From contig CAMVOL010000009.1 of assembly GCA_947169105.1 (NCBI GenBank), positions 11,095 through 75,094 of the forward strand: 64,000 nucleotides of DNA, given 5' to 3'. Every line of letters starts with the position of its first letter. Position 1 is the stretch's first letter. Under the pieces are notes generated by a model that was given only the letters and a program-made list of their open reading frames with translations, had not been told where the DNA came from and searched no databases. A program made the position numbers and the translations under genes. Source of the stretch: an uncultured Bacteroidales bacterium (lineage in GTDB: Bacteria; Bacteroidota; Bacteroidia; Bacteroidales; WCHB1-69). Shown in pieces: positions 45,380-53,447 of the stretch.

Positions 45380-46702
45380 ATGAAGATTGCTATTGTGGGG
45401 TCCGGTTATGTGGGCCTCGTTACGGGAACCTGTTTGGCCGATGTGGGCTGTGAAGTGTGCTGCGTGGATGTGGATGAAAAGAAGATTGCAAAGCTGAAAC
45501 GCGCCGATTCTCCCATCTATGAACCCGGTCTGGAAGAACTTTTGCGCAATAATATTGAGAAAAAACGTCTCTCTTTCACCACCTCTCTTGGGTCGGTGAT
45601 TGATAACGTTGATATTGTCTTTTCCGCTGTCGGTACGCCGCCAGACGAGGACGGCAGCGCCGACCTCCGCTATGTGCTGGAGGTGGCCCGCACCGTCGGA
45701 CGCTCCATGAACCATTACATCCTGCTTGTCACCAAAAGCACCGTGCCGGTGGGTACGGCCCAAAAGGTGAAGGCCGTCATCCGCGAGGAGCTGGCAAAGC
45801 GCGGCGCGGACATCCCCTTCGATGTGGCCTCCAATCCGGAGTTCCTGAAGGAGGGTGACGCCATCAACGACTTCAAACGCCCCGACCGTATCGTGGTGGG
45901 CGTGGAGTCGAAGCGGGCGGAAGAACTCCTGCTGTCTCTTTACCGCCCCTTCGTCATGAACGGGCACCCCATCATCGTCACCGACATCGCCTCCGCCGAA
46001 ATGATCAAGTATGCGGCCAACGCCATGCTCGCCACCCGTATCAGCTTCATGAACGACATCGCCAACCTGTGCGAAAAGGTGGGTGCGGATGTCAATATGG
46101 TGCGGCGCGGCATCGGCAGCGACACCCGTATCGGCGGCAAGTTCCTCTATGCCGGCATCGGCTACGGCGGCTCCTGCTTCCCCAAAGATGTGAAGGCGCT
46201 GATCCACACCGCCGACGAAAACGGCTACTCCCTCGACCTGCTGAAGTCGGTGGAGGCCGTCAACGACCGGCAGAAACAGGTGCTGTTTAACAAGTTTTAT
46301 GACTATTCCAAAGGCGATATTGCCGGCAAGACCGTTGCCATACTGGGCCTTTCGTTCAAGCCCAACACCGATGATATGCGCGAAGCCCCTTCATTGGTAC
46401 TGATTGACAAGCTGTTGAAAGCGGGTTGCTCCGTCCGTGCCTATGATCCTGTGGCAATGGACGAGTGCCGCCGCCGTATCGGTGACACCATCACCTATTG
46501 TAGGGATGTTTACGAAACGTTGCAGAAAGCCGACGCCCTCTTCGTGGTTACCGAATGGTCTGAGTTCAAGATTATGGACTTCAAGCGGCTGAAGGCTGAA
46601 ATGAGGCAGGCAGTCATCTTTGACGGGCGCAACATCTACAATGCCGGTGAGGTCGCGGCCCACGGCATCCCCTATTTCCCCATCGGGTACAAGGTGCGGT
46701 AA
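45380..46702 (+). CDS. ugd: UDP-glucose 6-dehydrogenase
   Basis: Start at MKIAIVGSGYVGLVTG (the ORF extends to 45338). It has the catalytic-Cys region GYGGSCFPKD, and GLSFKPNTDDMREAP. Confidence 0.9.
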   Translation: MKIAIVGSGYVGLVTGTCLADVGCEVCCVDVDEKKIAKLKRADSPIYEPGLEELLRNNIEKKRLSFTTSLGSVIDNVDIVFSAVGTPPDEDGSADLRYVLEVARTVGRSMNHYILLVTKSTVPVGTAQKVKAVIREELAKRGADIPFDVASNPEFLKEGDAINDFKRPDRIVVGVESKRAEELLLSLYRPFVMNGHPIIVTDIASAEMIKYAANAMLATRISFMNDIANLCEKVGADVNMVRRGIGSDTRIGGKFLYAGIGYGGSCFPKDVKALIHTADENGYSLDLLKSVEAVNDRQKQVLFNKFYDYSKGDIAGKTVAILGLSFKPNTDDMREAPSLVLIDKLLKAGCSVRAYDPVAMDECRRRIGDTITYCRDVYETLQKADALFVVTEWSEFKIMDFKRLKAEMRQAVIFDGRNIYNAGEVAAHGIPYFPIGYKVR

Positions 46703-46823
46703 AAGTTAAAAGTTGAGAGTTAAAAGTTAAGGGTGTATTATGTAGAGCCGTTATATTATGGCGGCTCTCGGTAGTTTCGTAAAAGGTAATAGGTTAAAGG
46801 TAATAGGTAGGAGGTTTGAAGAG
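46700..46823. repeat. C-poor AAGTT / AGGTAATAGG short-repeat tracts flanking a hairpin between convergent genes
   Basis: aaaagttaaaagttgagagttaaaagttaaggg (46700-46733), hairpin AGAGCCG/CGGCTCT (46744-46768), and aaaggtaataggt twice (46782-46808). Confidence 0.55.
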
Positions 46824-46870
46824 GGGATGTGCACCGGCTACCTTTTACTTTTTACCTCCTACTTTATACG

Positions 46871-49360
46871 CTACATTCCTGTGCCCTGTCCCCTGTTTCC
46901 TGCACCTTGGCCGCCTTGGCTGTCGCCGCCGCCCATGCGGTCGAACTCGTCGTCGTGGCCCTTGCGCTGCCGCATCTGGATACGCTGCTTGCCGAAACGG
47001 TAGGTGAGGTTCAGGCTCACACCCCGTGACTGCCCCTTCCACCGCATATCGGTGACCGTGCCGTCAGGATAGGCAGCGTGGTTCACCCACTGGCTGTTGT
47101 TGAAAATGTCCTGCACGCCCAAACGCACCGTGAAGGCATCCTTGAAGAAGCTGGCCTTGAAACCGCCCCACGCGAAAAACATCCCTTTCGTTGTGCCGAA
47201 CGTTTCCCTTTGTTTCGGCATCCACCAACAGGCAATCTCTATCGAATAGTGTTTGCAGAAGGTAAAGGTGTGCATCGTGTATAGCTGCACCATACTCACT
47301 AAGCTGGAAGTGTTTGTTGTTTCATATTTAAAGTATTGTCTTCCAAGACTGTAGTTGACACTCCACATCATCATCCACCACTTGCCAACAGGGACGTTGG
47401 CAAAAGCCGACAGCTCCATACAATGCATCTTCCCGATGTTTTCCGGGCGCGACATCTTGACATTCGTCACCTTGTCGGTGTAGAGCATATCCTCCTCGGT
47501 GCCTTGGATGAACGCGTATCCCGCCGTCAGGAACAGCATATAACGCCATGAGTAGTCCACCGAGAACGATTGCATGTATGTCGGCTTGAGGGGCGGGCTG
47601 CCGGTTGAGGAGGTGGACGGGGCGGGAATGGGCACATAAGGGCTGAGCGAACGGTTGTTGGGGCGCGAGATGCGGGAACGGTAGGCAAACGACAGTGTGT
47701 TCATCTTCGGCAGCTGGTAGTCCAACTGCAACGACGGGAACAAATCGACATAGTCCTGCTTGTTGACTTCACCGGTGGTGAGCAGGTTGCCCTTCAGATG
47801 GGTGTATTCGGCGCGAAGCCCTGACTGGATGCTCAACTGTTTATCAACTTGGAAGGTAGCTTGAAGATAGGCCGCCGCGATGTTCTCATTATAGATGAAA
47901 TGGTTGCTCTTGTTTTCCAATAAGCTGTCGTTCAAATAGTTGATGCTGTTGTTGTTGTTGTGGGCAAAACTGGTTTTCACGCCGCACTCAATGGAAACTT
48001 GGTCGTTGACAGGATGCTCGAAGTCGATTTTGGCCGTGGCCACGTGCATCCGGCTGGGATGTACGAGGGCCGTGTAGTGTGCGCTGTAGAGCGGGGTGAG
48101 GAAGTTGCCGACATAGAAGGGCTGTTCTCGGTCGGTATGGTTGCGGCTGTGGTTGATGGAGTAGGTGGCATCGGCGTAAAGCACGGTGCCGAGGGTGTCG
48201 AACGTATGCTTGAAGTTGATGTTCATTTGGTGGTTGCCGTGGTTTACCTTTGTCAGGGAGTTGTTTTCGAAGGACTGCACCAGCTCGTTGTTGCGGTAGA
48301 TGCGGTTCTTGGAGGCGGAAGTCCAGTTGGCGTTGAACAAATTGCCCTGATACGAGAAGCTCAGCGTATTGACGGAGTCGATGTAGCAGTCGGCGCCAAA
48401 GTTGATGCCGTGGGCGTTGGCCGTCGAGCGGTTGTTCCAGAACTCGTCCGCCAGCTCGTTGGCGGTCTGCTTGATGGTGTCGCCTTGGATGAGGGAGACG
48501 GAGGTGCCGTCGTACCCGTTTTTCGATTGGAAGAACATGTAGTTGTAGTTGCCGCTGAGGGTCCACTTGCCAACACGGGCGGTGAGGTTGAAGCCGTCGT
48601 TGGTGCCAAAGGAGCCGTGGTAGTCCGCGCCCGCCCACACGGAGCCGTTGATGCCGTTGCGGTGCTCCTTCTTGGTGACGAGGTTGATGATGCCCGATGT
48701 GCCCGCCGCATCATAGCGTGCCGACGGGTTCTTTATCACCTCCACACGGTCGATCGTTGCGGCGGGCATGCTTTTCAGAAAGTTGGCGAGATCGTCGCCC
48801 GACAGGTGCGGGTCGCGGTCGTCGATGAGGATCAGCACGCCCGACTTGCCCTGAAGGGAGATGTTGTCGCTGTTGTCCACCATCACGCCCGGCATCTTGC
48901 GCAGCAGCTCCAGCACGTTGTCGCCCGCGGTGCCCGGGTGCGACTCCACGTTCATAACGGTCTTGCCGGCCTTTTGCTCAAACAGAGGTTTTTTATAGAC
49001 CACCGTCGCGCCCTCCAGCATTTTCGAATCTTTCCGAAGGCCGATGGTGCCCAGATCGTGGCTGCCGCCCGACAACTTGAAGGGCTCACTGAACCAGTCG
49101 AGATAACCCATATACGACACTTTCACGAGGTAGGTTCCCGCAGCAATGTCTTGGATGGCGAAGATGCCGTCCTTGTCCGACATGTCGCCCGTCACCACGG
49201 TGGAATCGGCGGGTTTCAGCAGCATTACGCTGGCATAGCCGATGGGGGTTTGGGTGTCAGCATCCGTCAGTTTGCCGCTGACCGTCCCCTTTTGGGCGCT
49301 CAGGGTGAACGATGAAAGGACGAGAAGGAGAACCAGTAGAGGAGTGATTATCTTTTTCAT
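46871..49360 (-). CDS. TonB-dependent outer-membrane receptor (CarboxypepD_reg + plug + beta-barrel)
   Basis: 829 aa with a signal peptide, a carboxypeptidase-regulatory-like domain (GTVSGKLTDADTQTPIGYASVML), a plug (DNVLELLRKMPGVMVD...IDRVEVIKNPSARYDAAG) and a long barrel. Confidence 0.85.
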   Translation of the reverse strand: MKKIITPLLVLLLVLSSFTLSAQKGTVSGKLTDADTQTPIGYASVMLLKPADSTVVTGDMSDKDGIFAIQDIAAGTYLVKVSYMGYLDWFSEPFKLSGGSHDLGTIGLRKDSKMLEGATVVYKKPLFEQKAGKTVMNVESHPGTAGDNVLELLRKMPGVMVDNSDNISLQGKSGVLILIDDRDPHLSGDDLANFLKSMPAATIDRVEVIKNPSARYDAAGTSGIINLVTKKEHRNGINGSVWAGADYHGSFGTNDGFNLTARVGKWTLSGNYNYMFFQSKNGYDGTSVSLIQGDTIKQTANELADEFWNNRSTANAHGINFGADCYIDSVNTLSFSYQGNLFNANWTSASKNRIYRNNELVQSFENNSLTKVNHGNHQMNINFKHTFDTLGTVLYADATYSINHSRNHTDREQPFYVGNFLTPLYSAHYTALVHPSRMHVATAKIDFEHPVNDQVSIECGVKTSFAHNNNNSINYLNDSLLENKSNHFIYNENIAAAYLQATFQVDKQLSIQSGLRAEYTHLKGNLLTTGEVNKQDYVDLFPSLQLDYQLPKMNTLSFAYRSRISRPNNRSLSPYVPIPAPSTSSTGSPPLKPTYMQSFSVDYSWRYMLFLTAGYAFIQGTEEDMLYTDKVTNVKMSRPENIGKMHCMELSAFANVPVGKWWMMMWSVNYSLGRQYFKYETTNTSSLVSMVQLYTMHTFTFCKHYSIEIACWWMPKQRETFGTTKGMFFAWGGFKASFFKDAFTVRLGVQDIFNNSQWVNHAAYPDGTVTDMRWKGQSRGVSLNLTYRFGKQRIQMRQRKGHDDEFDRMGGGDSQGGQGAGNRGQGTGM

Positions 49361-49366
49361 GGCTGT

Positions 49367-49945
49367 TTATTCCTCAATTTGTTTGATGATTTCGTCGCAA
49401 GTGTCAATGACTTTCTTGTGCATCCGGAAGCCGATGACCATGCCGAGGGCGCCGCCCACGGCAAGAAACAGGATGGTGAACAGGGCTTCCTTCCACGATT
49501 GACTGTTACGTCCCATTTCGATGGCATACCAAATGAACCACACAACGAACAGCAAAATCCCGTATTTGAGCCAGTTACGATAGTTCTCTTTCAGCTTCTT
49601 GGCGGTTTTGACCACGGTCAGCAGGTCGCTGTTCAAGGTCTTCTGGTTCAAGTTCTTGTGGTATTTCCAAGTGAAAAAGTCGCAGACCAGCATAATGATG
49701 ACCGTGCCAACGGAGAACCAGAGGGAAAGTCCGAGTTGCGGGAAGTAGGTGAACGCCATCAGGATGACGAAAGCGGAGGCGGCGACGCTGATCCATGCGT
49801 TGTTGTTGATGGTGCGGGCCTTGTGCCGCATGGCATTTCGCAGCACCTCCTCATTGACGATGTTCTCCTTGTCCAATTTGTTTTTCAAGATTGCGGCTTG
49901 TTCGCGCAGTTCCTCTAACGGTTGGGTATTTTCAAAGTTCTCCAT
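49367..49945 (-). CDS. Hypothetical 4-TM membrane protein between the ECF sigma and the TonB-dependent receptor
   Basis: 192 aa with an N-terminal coiled segment followed by four hydrophobic segments. It is 2 nt from the sigma stop and 6 nt from the receptor start. Confidence 0.6.
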   Translation of the reverse strand: MENFENTQPLEELREQAAILKNKLDKENIVNEEVLRNAMRHKARTINNNAWISVAASAFVILMAFTYFPQLGLSLWFSVGTVIIMLVCDFFTWKYHKNLNQKTLNSDLLTVVKTAKKLKENYRNWLKYGILLFVVWFIWYAIEMGRNSQSWKEALFTILFLAVGGALGMVIGFRMHKKVIDTCDEIIKQIEE

Positions 49946-49947
49946 GG

Positions 49948-50439
49948 CTAATCTTCTTTGGTTTCTGACATTTGAATTAATTTCTGCTTGATTCTCAATA
50001 ATTTGACGGAAACATTTTTGACGGAAATTCCGATGATGGCGGCGATTTCCTCATAGCTGAGGTTGTCAAGCCAGAGCAGCACGATGGCGCGTTCCATCAG
50101 GTCGAGGCGGTTGATACGGCTGTAAAGCTGCTGGATTTGGCGCGTTTCGTGGTCGTCGTTGGTGAAAAGGTCGGAGGCCATATCCAACGACACTTTCTCG
50201 CCGCGCCGTTTCTTTTTCCGGTCTTCAGAAATGCAGGTGTTGAGCGCCACCCGCCAGATCCAAGTCTCCACTTTGGCCTCGCCCCGGAAACCGTCGAAAC
50301 CCTTCCAGAGGTTGACCAGCGTGTCCTGAAACAAGTCGTTCACCTCATCGGTGTCTTTCGAAAACATATAGCACACGGTGTAGATGGTGCTCTTATGCTT
50401 CCTCACGACTTTTTCAAACTCAAATTCTTTGTTGTCCAT
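49948..50439 (-). CDS. ECF-type RNA polymerase sigma-70 factor
   Basis: Start at MDNKEFEFEKV (the ORF extends to 50520). Region 2 is VCYMFSKDTDEVNDLFQDTLVNLWKGF and region 4 is VLLWLDNLSYEEIAAIIGISVKNVSVKLLRIKQKL. Confidence 0.85.
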   Translation of the reverse strand: MDNKEFEFEKVVRKHKSTIYTVCYMFSKDTDEVNDLFQDTLVNLWKGFDGFRGEAKVETWIWRVALNTCISEDRKKKRRGEKVSLDMASDLFTNDDHETRQIQQLYSRINRLDLMERAIVLLWLDNLSYEEIAAIIGISVKNVSVKLLRIKQKLIQMSETKED

Positions 50440-50499
50440 CTTTTTAAGAATCAATACGTCCGTTAGACGCAACGAAAGGAAATTTGCTACACAAATTTT

Positions 50500-50533
50500 A
50501 TAAAAAAACTCCCGCCGCAAACGAAGACGGGAG
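50500..50533 (-). terminator. Rho-independent terminator about 170 nt downstream of arcC
   Basis: The minus strand reads CTCCCGTC-ttcgtttgc-GGCGGGAG followed by TTTTTTT. Confidence 0.65.
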
Positions 50534-50571
50534 AATGGTTATATTCTATTGAGGTGCGGTATATCACGTTT

Positions 50572-50613
50572 CTACTACCCCGGCCTACGGCCACCCCTTC
50601 TACATAGAAGGGG
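50572..50613 (-). repeat. REP-like ~40-nt element, copy B (inverted relative to copy A)
   Basis: ctactaccccggcctacggccaccccttctacatagaagggg. Its reverse complement matches 18511-18548 over the 23-nt core. This copy keeps an intact 9-bp hairpin CCCCTTCTA/TAGAAGGGG. Confidence 0.7.
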
Positions 50614-50645
50614 AATTCACTCACTCCTACATTCAAACCATTAGT

Positions 50646-50714
50646 CTAATTCCTAACACCTCTATATCCTATTCACTATACCCTGAAACCTGAAACCTGA
50701 ACCCTAACCCCTGA
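50646..50714. repeat. G-poor short repeats: 12-mer CTAATTCCTAAC plus CCTGAAA heptamer run overlapping the arcC stop
   Basis: ctaattcctaac (also at 31584-31595), then cctgaaa cctgaaa cctgaac cctaacc cctga (50682-50714). Confidence 0.6.
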
Positions 50715-51645
50715 CGATGCGGGTGCCGCAGGCGGGGTTGCCCAATTGGCCGGCTTCGGTGATGATGCACTCGGCGCCGCCGTTTTCCACGAAATAGAGG
50801 GCGGCACGGATTTTCGGAGCCATCGAACCTTCGGTGAAATGGCCTTCCTCAAGGTATTGTTTCGCCTCTGCCACGGTGATGGTGTCGAGGGCTTTCTCGT
50901 TGGGTTTCTTGAAGTTGAGATAGACCTTCGGCACATCGGTGAGGATGTAGAACTCGTCGGCGCCGATCTCCACGGCGGTGAGGGCGGAAGCAAGGTCCTT
51001 GTCGATAACGGCCTCAACGCCAATGGTGTAGCCGTCCTTCACGATGACGGGGATGCCACCGCCGCCGACGGTCACCACAATATTGCCGGCTTCGGCCAGC
51101 TGCTTCACGATGTCGATGTTCACCACGCGAAGCGGCTTCGGGGAGGCCACGACCTTGCGCCAGCCGTTGCCTTTCGGGTCCTCACGGAAGATGGCGCCCG
51201 TTTCGGCGGCATACTCCTCCGCCTCCTCTTCCGAGTAGTACGGACCCACCGGCTTGGTCGGGTTCTTGAACAGCGGATCCTCGCCGTTCACCTCCACCTG
51301 CGTCACCAAAGTGACTACATTGCGCTTCATGTTATTCTTGACGAAGATATTGCGGAATGCCTGCTCGATGAGGTATCCGATGGAGCCTTGCGTCTCCGAA
51401 ACGCAGAAGTCCATCGGCATAATTGGAAGATCGAAGCTCTTGTTTCCCGCTTCATGCTGAAGCATCACGTTGCCCACCTGCGGGCCGTTTCCGTGGCCGA
51501 TTACAATATTATAGTCCTGTTTCAATAAACCCAAAAGGGATTCGCAAGTTTTCGTAACGTTCTGAATCTGTTCCTGATAGGTACCTTTCTGGCCGCTTCG
51601 CAACAAGGCATTTCCTCCAAAGGCGACCACTGCTAATTTTGCCAT
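50704..51645 (-). CDS. arcC: Carbamate kinase
   Basis: 313 aa with VVAFGGNAL, GHGNGPQVG and VGGGGIPV motifs. Confidence 0.92.
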   Translation of the reverse strand: MAKLAVVAFGGNALLRSGQKGTYQEQIQNVTKTCESLLGLLKQDYNIVIGHGNGPQVGNVMLQHEAGNKSFDLPIMPMDFCVSETQGSIGYLIEQAFRNIFVKNNMKRNVVTLVTQVEVNGEDPLFKNPTKPVGPYYSEEEAEEYAAETGAIFREDPKGNGWRKVVASPKPLRVVNIDIVKQLAEAGNIVVTVGGGGIPVIVKDGYTIGVEAVIDKDLASALTAVEIGADEFYILTDVPKVYLNFKKPNEKALDTITVAEAKQYLEEGHFTEGSMAPKIRAALYFVENGGAECIITEAGQLGNPACGTRIVRG

Positions 51646-51690
51646 AAATGTTATTTAGTTGTTTTATAGATGTTTCAAAAATTGGGGCGG

Positions 51691-51698
51691 CAAAGATA
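51691..51698 (-). promoter_or_regulatory. -7 promoter box (TATCTTTG) for arcC
   Basis: The minus strand reads ttacaaactaaattgTATCTTTGCCGCC about 46 nt upstream of ATG 51645. Confidence 0.5.
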
Positions 51699-51791
51699 CA
51701 ATTTAGTTTGTAATGTTCATCAAGTTTATTTGTAATGTAGGGACGCATCGCATGCGTCCGATTATGGCACCGCGTGCGTCCGATAATAACC

Positions 51792-52178
51792 CTAATCCTC
51801 TTCCCCGTACAAATTTTTGATGTACTCAATCTGCCGCCGGTCGCGTTTGGTGGGACGGCCTTCGCCGCGGTCGCGGTGCTCGAACCGCATATTGAGCATC
51901 TTCACCCGCTCGTACTCTTCGGGCGGCGTGAGGTCGGTCATGTACTGCGGCACTAACGGCGCTCCCACGCGACTTTTGGGACTATCGACCACCTGCACCG
52001 TTTTCTCCAACTGCCCGATGTGGACGACGTAAATCTCGTCTTTCTTCACTGCCTTCGACGGTTTCACGTTGGTGCCGTTCATCTTCACCTTGCCCGCGTT
52101 GCATGCGTCGGTGGCCATCGAGCGGGTCTTGAACAGCCGCACGCTCCACAACCATTTGTCAATCCGGATGTTCTCCAT
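51792..52178 (-). CDS. hslR: RNA-binding S4 domain protein (Hsp15/HslR-like)
   Basis: 128 aa beginning IRIDKWLWSVRLFKTRSMATDACNAGKVKMNG, with a basic C-terminal tail. Confidence 0.8.
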   Translation of the reverse strand: MENIRIDKWLWSVRLFKTRSMATDACNAGKVKMNGTNVKPSKAVKKDEIYVVHIGQLEKTVQVVDSPKSRVGAPLVPQYMTDLTPPEEYERVKMLNMRFEHRDRGEGRPTKRDRRQIEYIKNLYGEED

Positions 52179-52187
52179 AACGCTGGC

Positions 52188-53066
52188 TTATTTGCGGTGC
52201 AACTCTCTGGCGTGCAGAGTGTTCAGCAGCAGACAGGTCATCGTCATCGGGCCCACGCCGCCAGGTACGGGCGTGATGGCCTCACACTTCTTGGCCACCT
52301 CGTCGAACTTCACGTCGCCGCAGATGCGGTAGCCCTTCTCACTCTTTTCGTCGGGGATGCGGTGGATGCCGATGTCGATGACGGTGGCGCCCTCCTTCAC
52401 ATAGTCGGCGGTGATCATCTCCGGCTGGCCGATGGCCACGAGCAGGATGTCGGCAGTGGCGCAGACCTCCTTGAGGTTCTGTGTACGGCTGTGGCAGAGG
52501 GTGACGGTGGCGTCGCCCGTGTCGGCTTTTTCGGCGAGCAGCAGGGCGAGCGGTTTGCCCACGATGTTGCTGCGACCGAGCACCACGCAGTGCTTTCCTT
52601 TCGGGGAAATGCCGCTGCGTCGGAGCAGTTCCACGGTGCCGTAGGGGGTGGCGGGCAGGAAATCGGCCTCGCCCAACAGCAGTTTGCCGTTGTTCACGGG
52701 GTGGAAGCAATCCACGTCTTTTTTTGGATCCACGTGGGCCACTACTTTCTCCATACTGATGTGTTTGGGCAGCGGCATCTGGATGATGTAGCCGTCGATT
52801 TCATCGTCATTGTTCAGGAAATCAATGGCTTGCAAAAAATCCTCCTCTTTGATTTCAGTGGGGTAATGGTAGATGGAGGAGACGAAGCCGACCTCTTTGC
52901 AGGCGCGGCAGATACTGTCCACGTAGGTTTTGGCTGCGCCGTCGTCGCCCACGATGACCGCCGCGAGGTGCGGAACGGGCTGTCCCTCTTTCATCATCGC
53001 TTTCACCTTGTCGGCGATTTCGTCCTTCACTTCATTCGCAATCTTCTTACCGTCAATTACTTTCAT
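52188..53066 (-). CDS. folD: Bifunctional methylenetetrahydrofolate dehydrogenase/cyclohydrolase
   Basis: Start at MKVIDGKKIA (the ORF extends to 53096). Motifs are LAAVIVGDDGAAKTYV, VVLGRSNIVGKPLA and TPVPGGVGPMT. Confidence 0.92.
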   Translation of the reverse strand: MKVIDGKKIANEVKDEIADKVKAMMKEGQPVPHLAAVIVGDDGAAKTYVDSICRACKEVGFVSSIYHYPTEIKEEDFLQAIDFLNNDDEIDGYIIQMPLPKHISMEKVVAHVDPKKDVDCFHPVNNGKLLLGEADFLPATPYGTVELLRRSGISPKGKHCVVLGRSNIVGKPLALLLAEKADTGDATVTLCHSRTQNLKEVCATADILLVAIGQPEMITADYVKEGATVIDIGIHRIPDEKSEKGYRICGDVKFDEVAKKCEAITPVPGGVGPMTMTCLLLNTLHARELHRK

Positions 53067-53093
53067 AAAAATATCTTTAAAATTATTGGGGTG

Positions 53094-53101
53094 CAAAGGT
53101 A
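53094..53101 (-). promoter_or_regulatory. -7 promoter box (TACCTTTG) for folD
   Basis: The minus strand reads ttgttgTACCTTTGCACCCC 28 nt upstream of ATG 53066. It is nearly identical to the ugd promoter core. Confidence 0.55.
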
Positions 53102-53107
53102 CAACAA

Positions 53108-53206
53108 TAGTTTGTAAAGTTTGTCAAGTTCATCAAGTTTATCAAGTTTGTAAAGTTTATCAAGTTTGTAAAGTTTATCAAGTTCATCAAGTTTTAAAGT
53201 TTGGGT
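53108..53206. repeat. 9-bp tandem repeat array, about 11 units, consensus AAGTTTRTM
   Basis: tagtttgta aagtttgtc aagttcatc aagtttatc aagtttgta aagtttatc aagtttgta aagtttatc aagttcatc aagttttaa agttt. It lies between the divergent folD and giant-gene promoters. Confidence 0.85.
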
Positions 53207-53316
53207 TTTTGTGGGTTGGGGGGGTGTTCATAACCCTTTTTTTCCGTTCACAATTTGCTGTTTAAAAAAATAAGGTTTTTTTAGAAATACCTATATGCCA
53301 ATAAAAAAATAAATGC

Positions 53317-53324
53317 TATTTTTG
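53317..53324 (+). promoter_or_regulatory. -7 promoter box (TATTTTTG) for the giant surface-protein gene
   Basis: gcTATTTTTGTCAG sits in a very AT-rich region about 125 nt upstream of ATG 53448. Confidence 0.45.
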
Positions 53325-53447
53325 TCAGATTTTATATCATAGTGTAAAAGTTGTTGATAACCCACCACTATGGCTTTGTAATTTATTGGAAATAAAATAG
53401 ATAGAAAAATAAATAAGAAAATTAATAACAATCAAAAACTATTTTTT

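Noticed and set aside
47960-49315. 451-aa + strand ORF inside the TonB-dependent receptor gene. Similar shadows occur at 29633-30796, 52020-53117, 45371-46207, 50746-51528, 12957-13883, 14226-15053, 11824-12543 and 32335-33036.
   Set aside because: Each overlaps, on the opposite strand, a CDS with clear family motifs. None has a recognisable motif, signal peptide or promoter context.
50704-51645. Looked for an arginine deiminase pathway (arcA/arcB/arcD) around carbamate kinase.
   Set aside because: The neighbours are an ECF sigma operon and hslR/folD. arcC appears to be a stand-alone gene here, so no pathway cluster can be claimed.
53108-53206. Considered whether the 9-bp tandem array could be a CRISPR array or a coding repeat (ORF 52930-53265 translates it as KVCQVHQVYQV...).
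   Set aside because: The units are 9 bp with no spacers, and there are no cas genes. The ORF runs antisense into folD and has no start context. A non-coding promoter-region repeat is the simpler reading.
53210-53366. Possible invertible promoter upstream of the giant gene. GTGGGTT (53210-53216) and AACCCAC (53360-53366) flank the TATTTTTG box.
   Set aside because: The inverted repeat is only 7 bp, far shorter than known Bacteroidales invertase sites. There is no site-specific recombinase gene in the window. A chance match is plausible.
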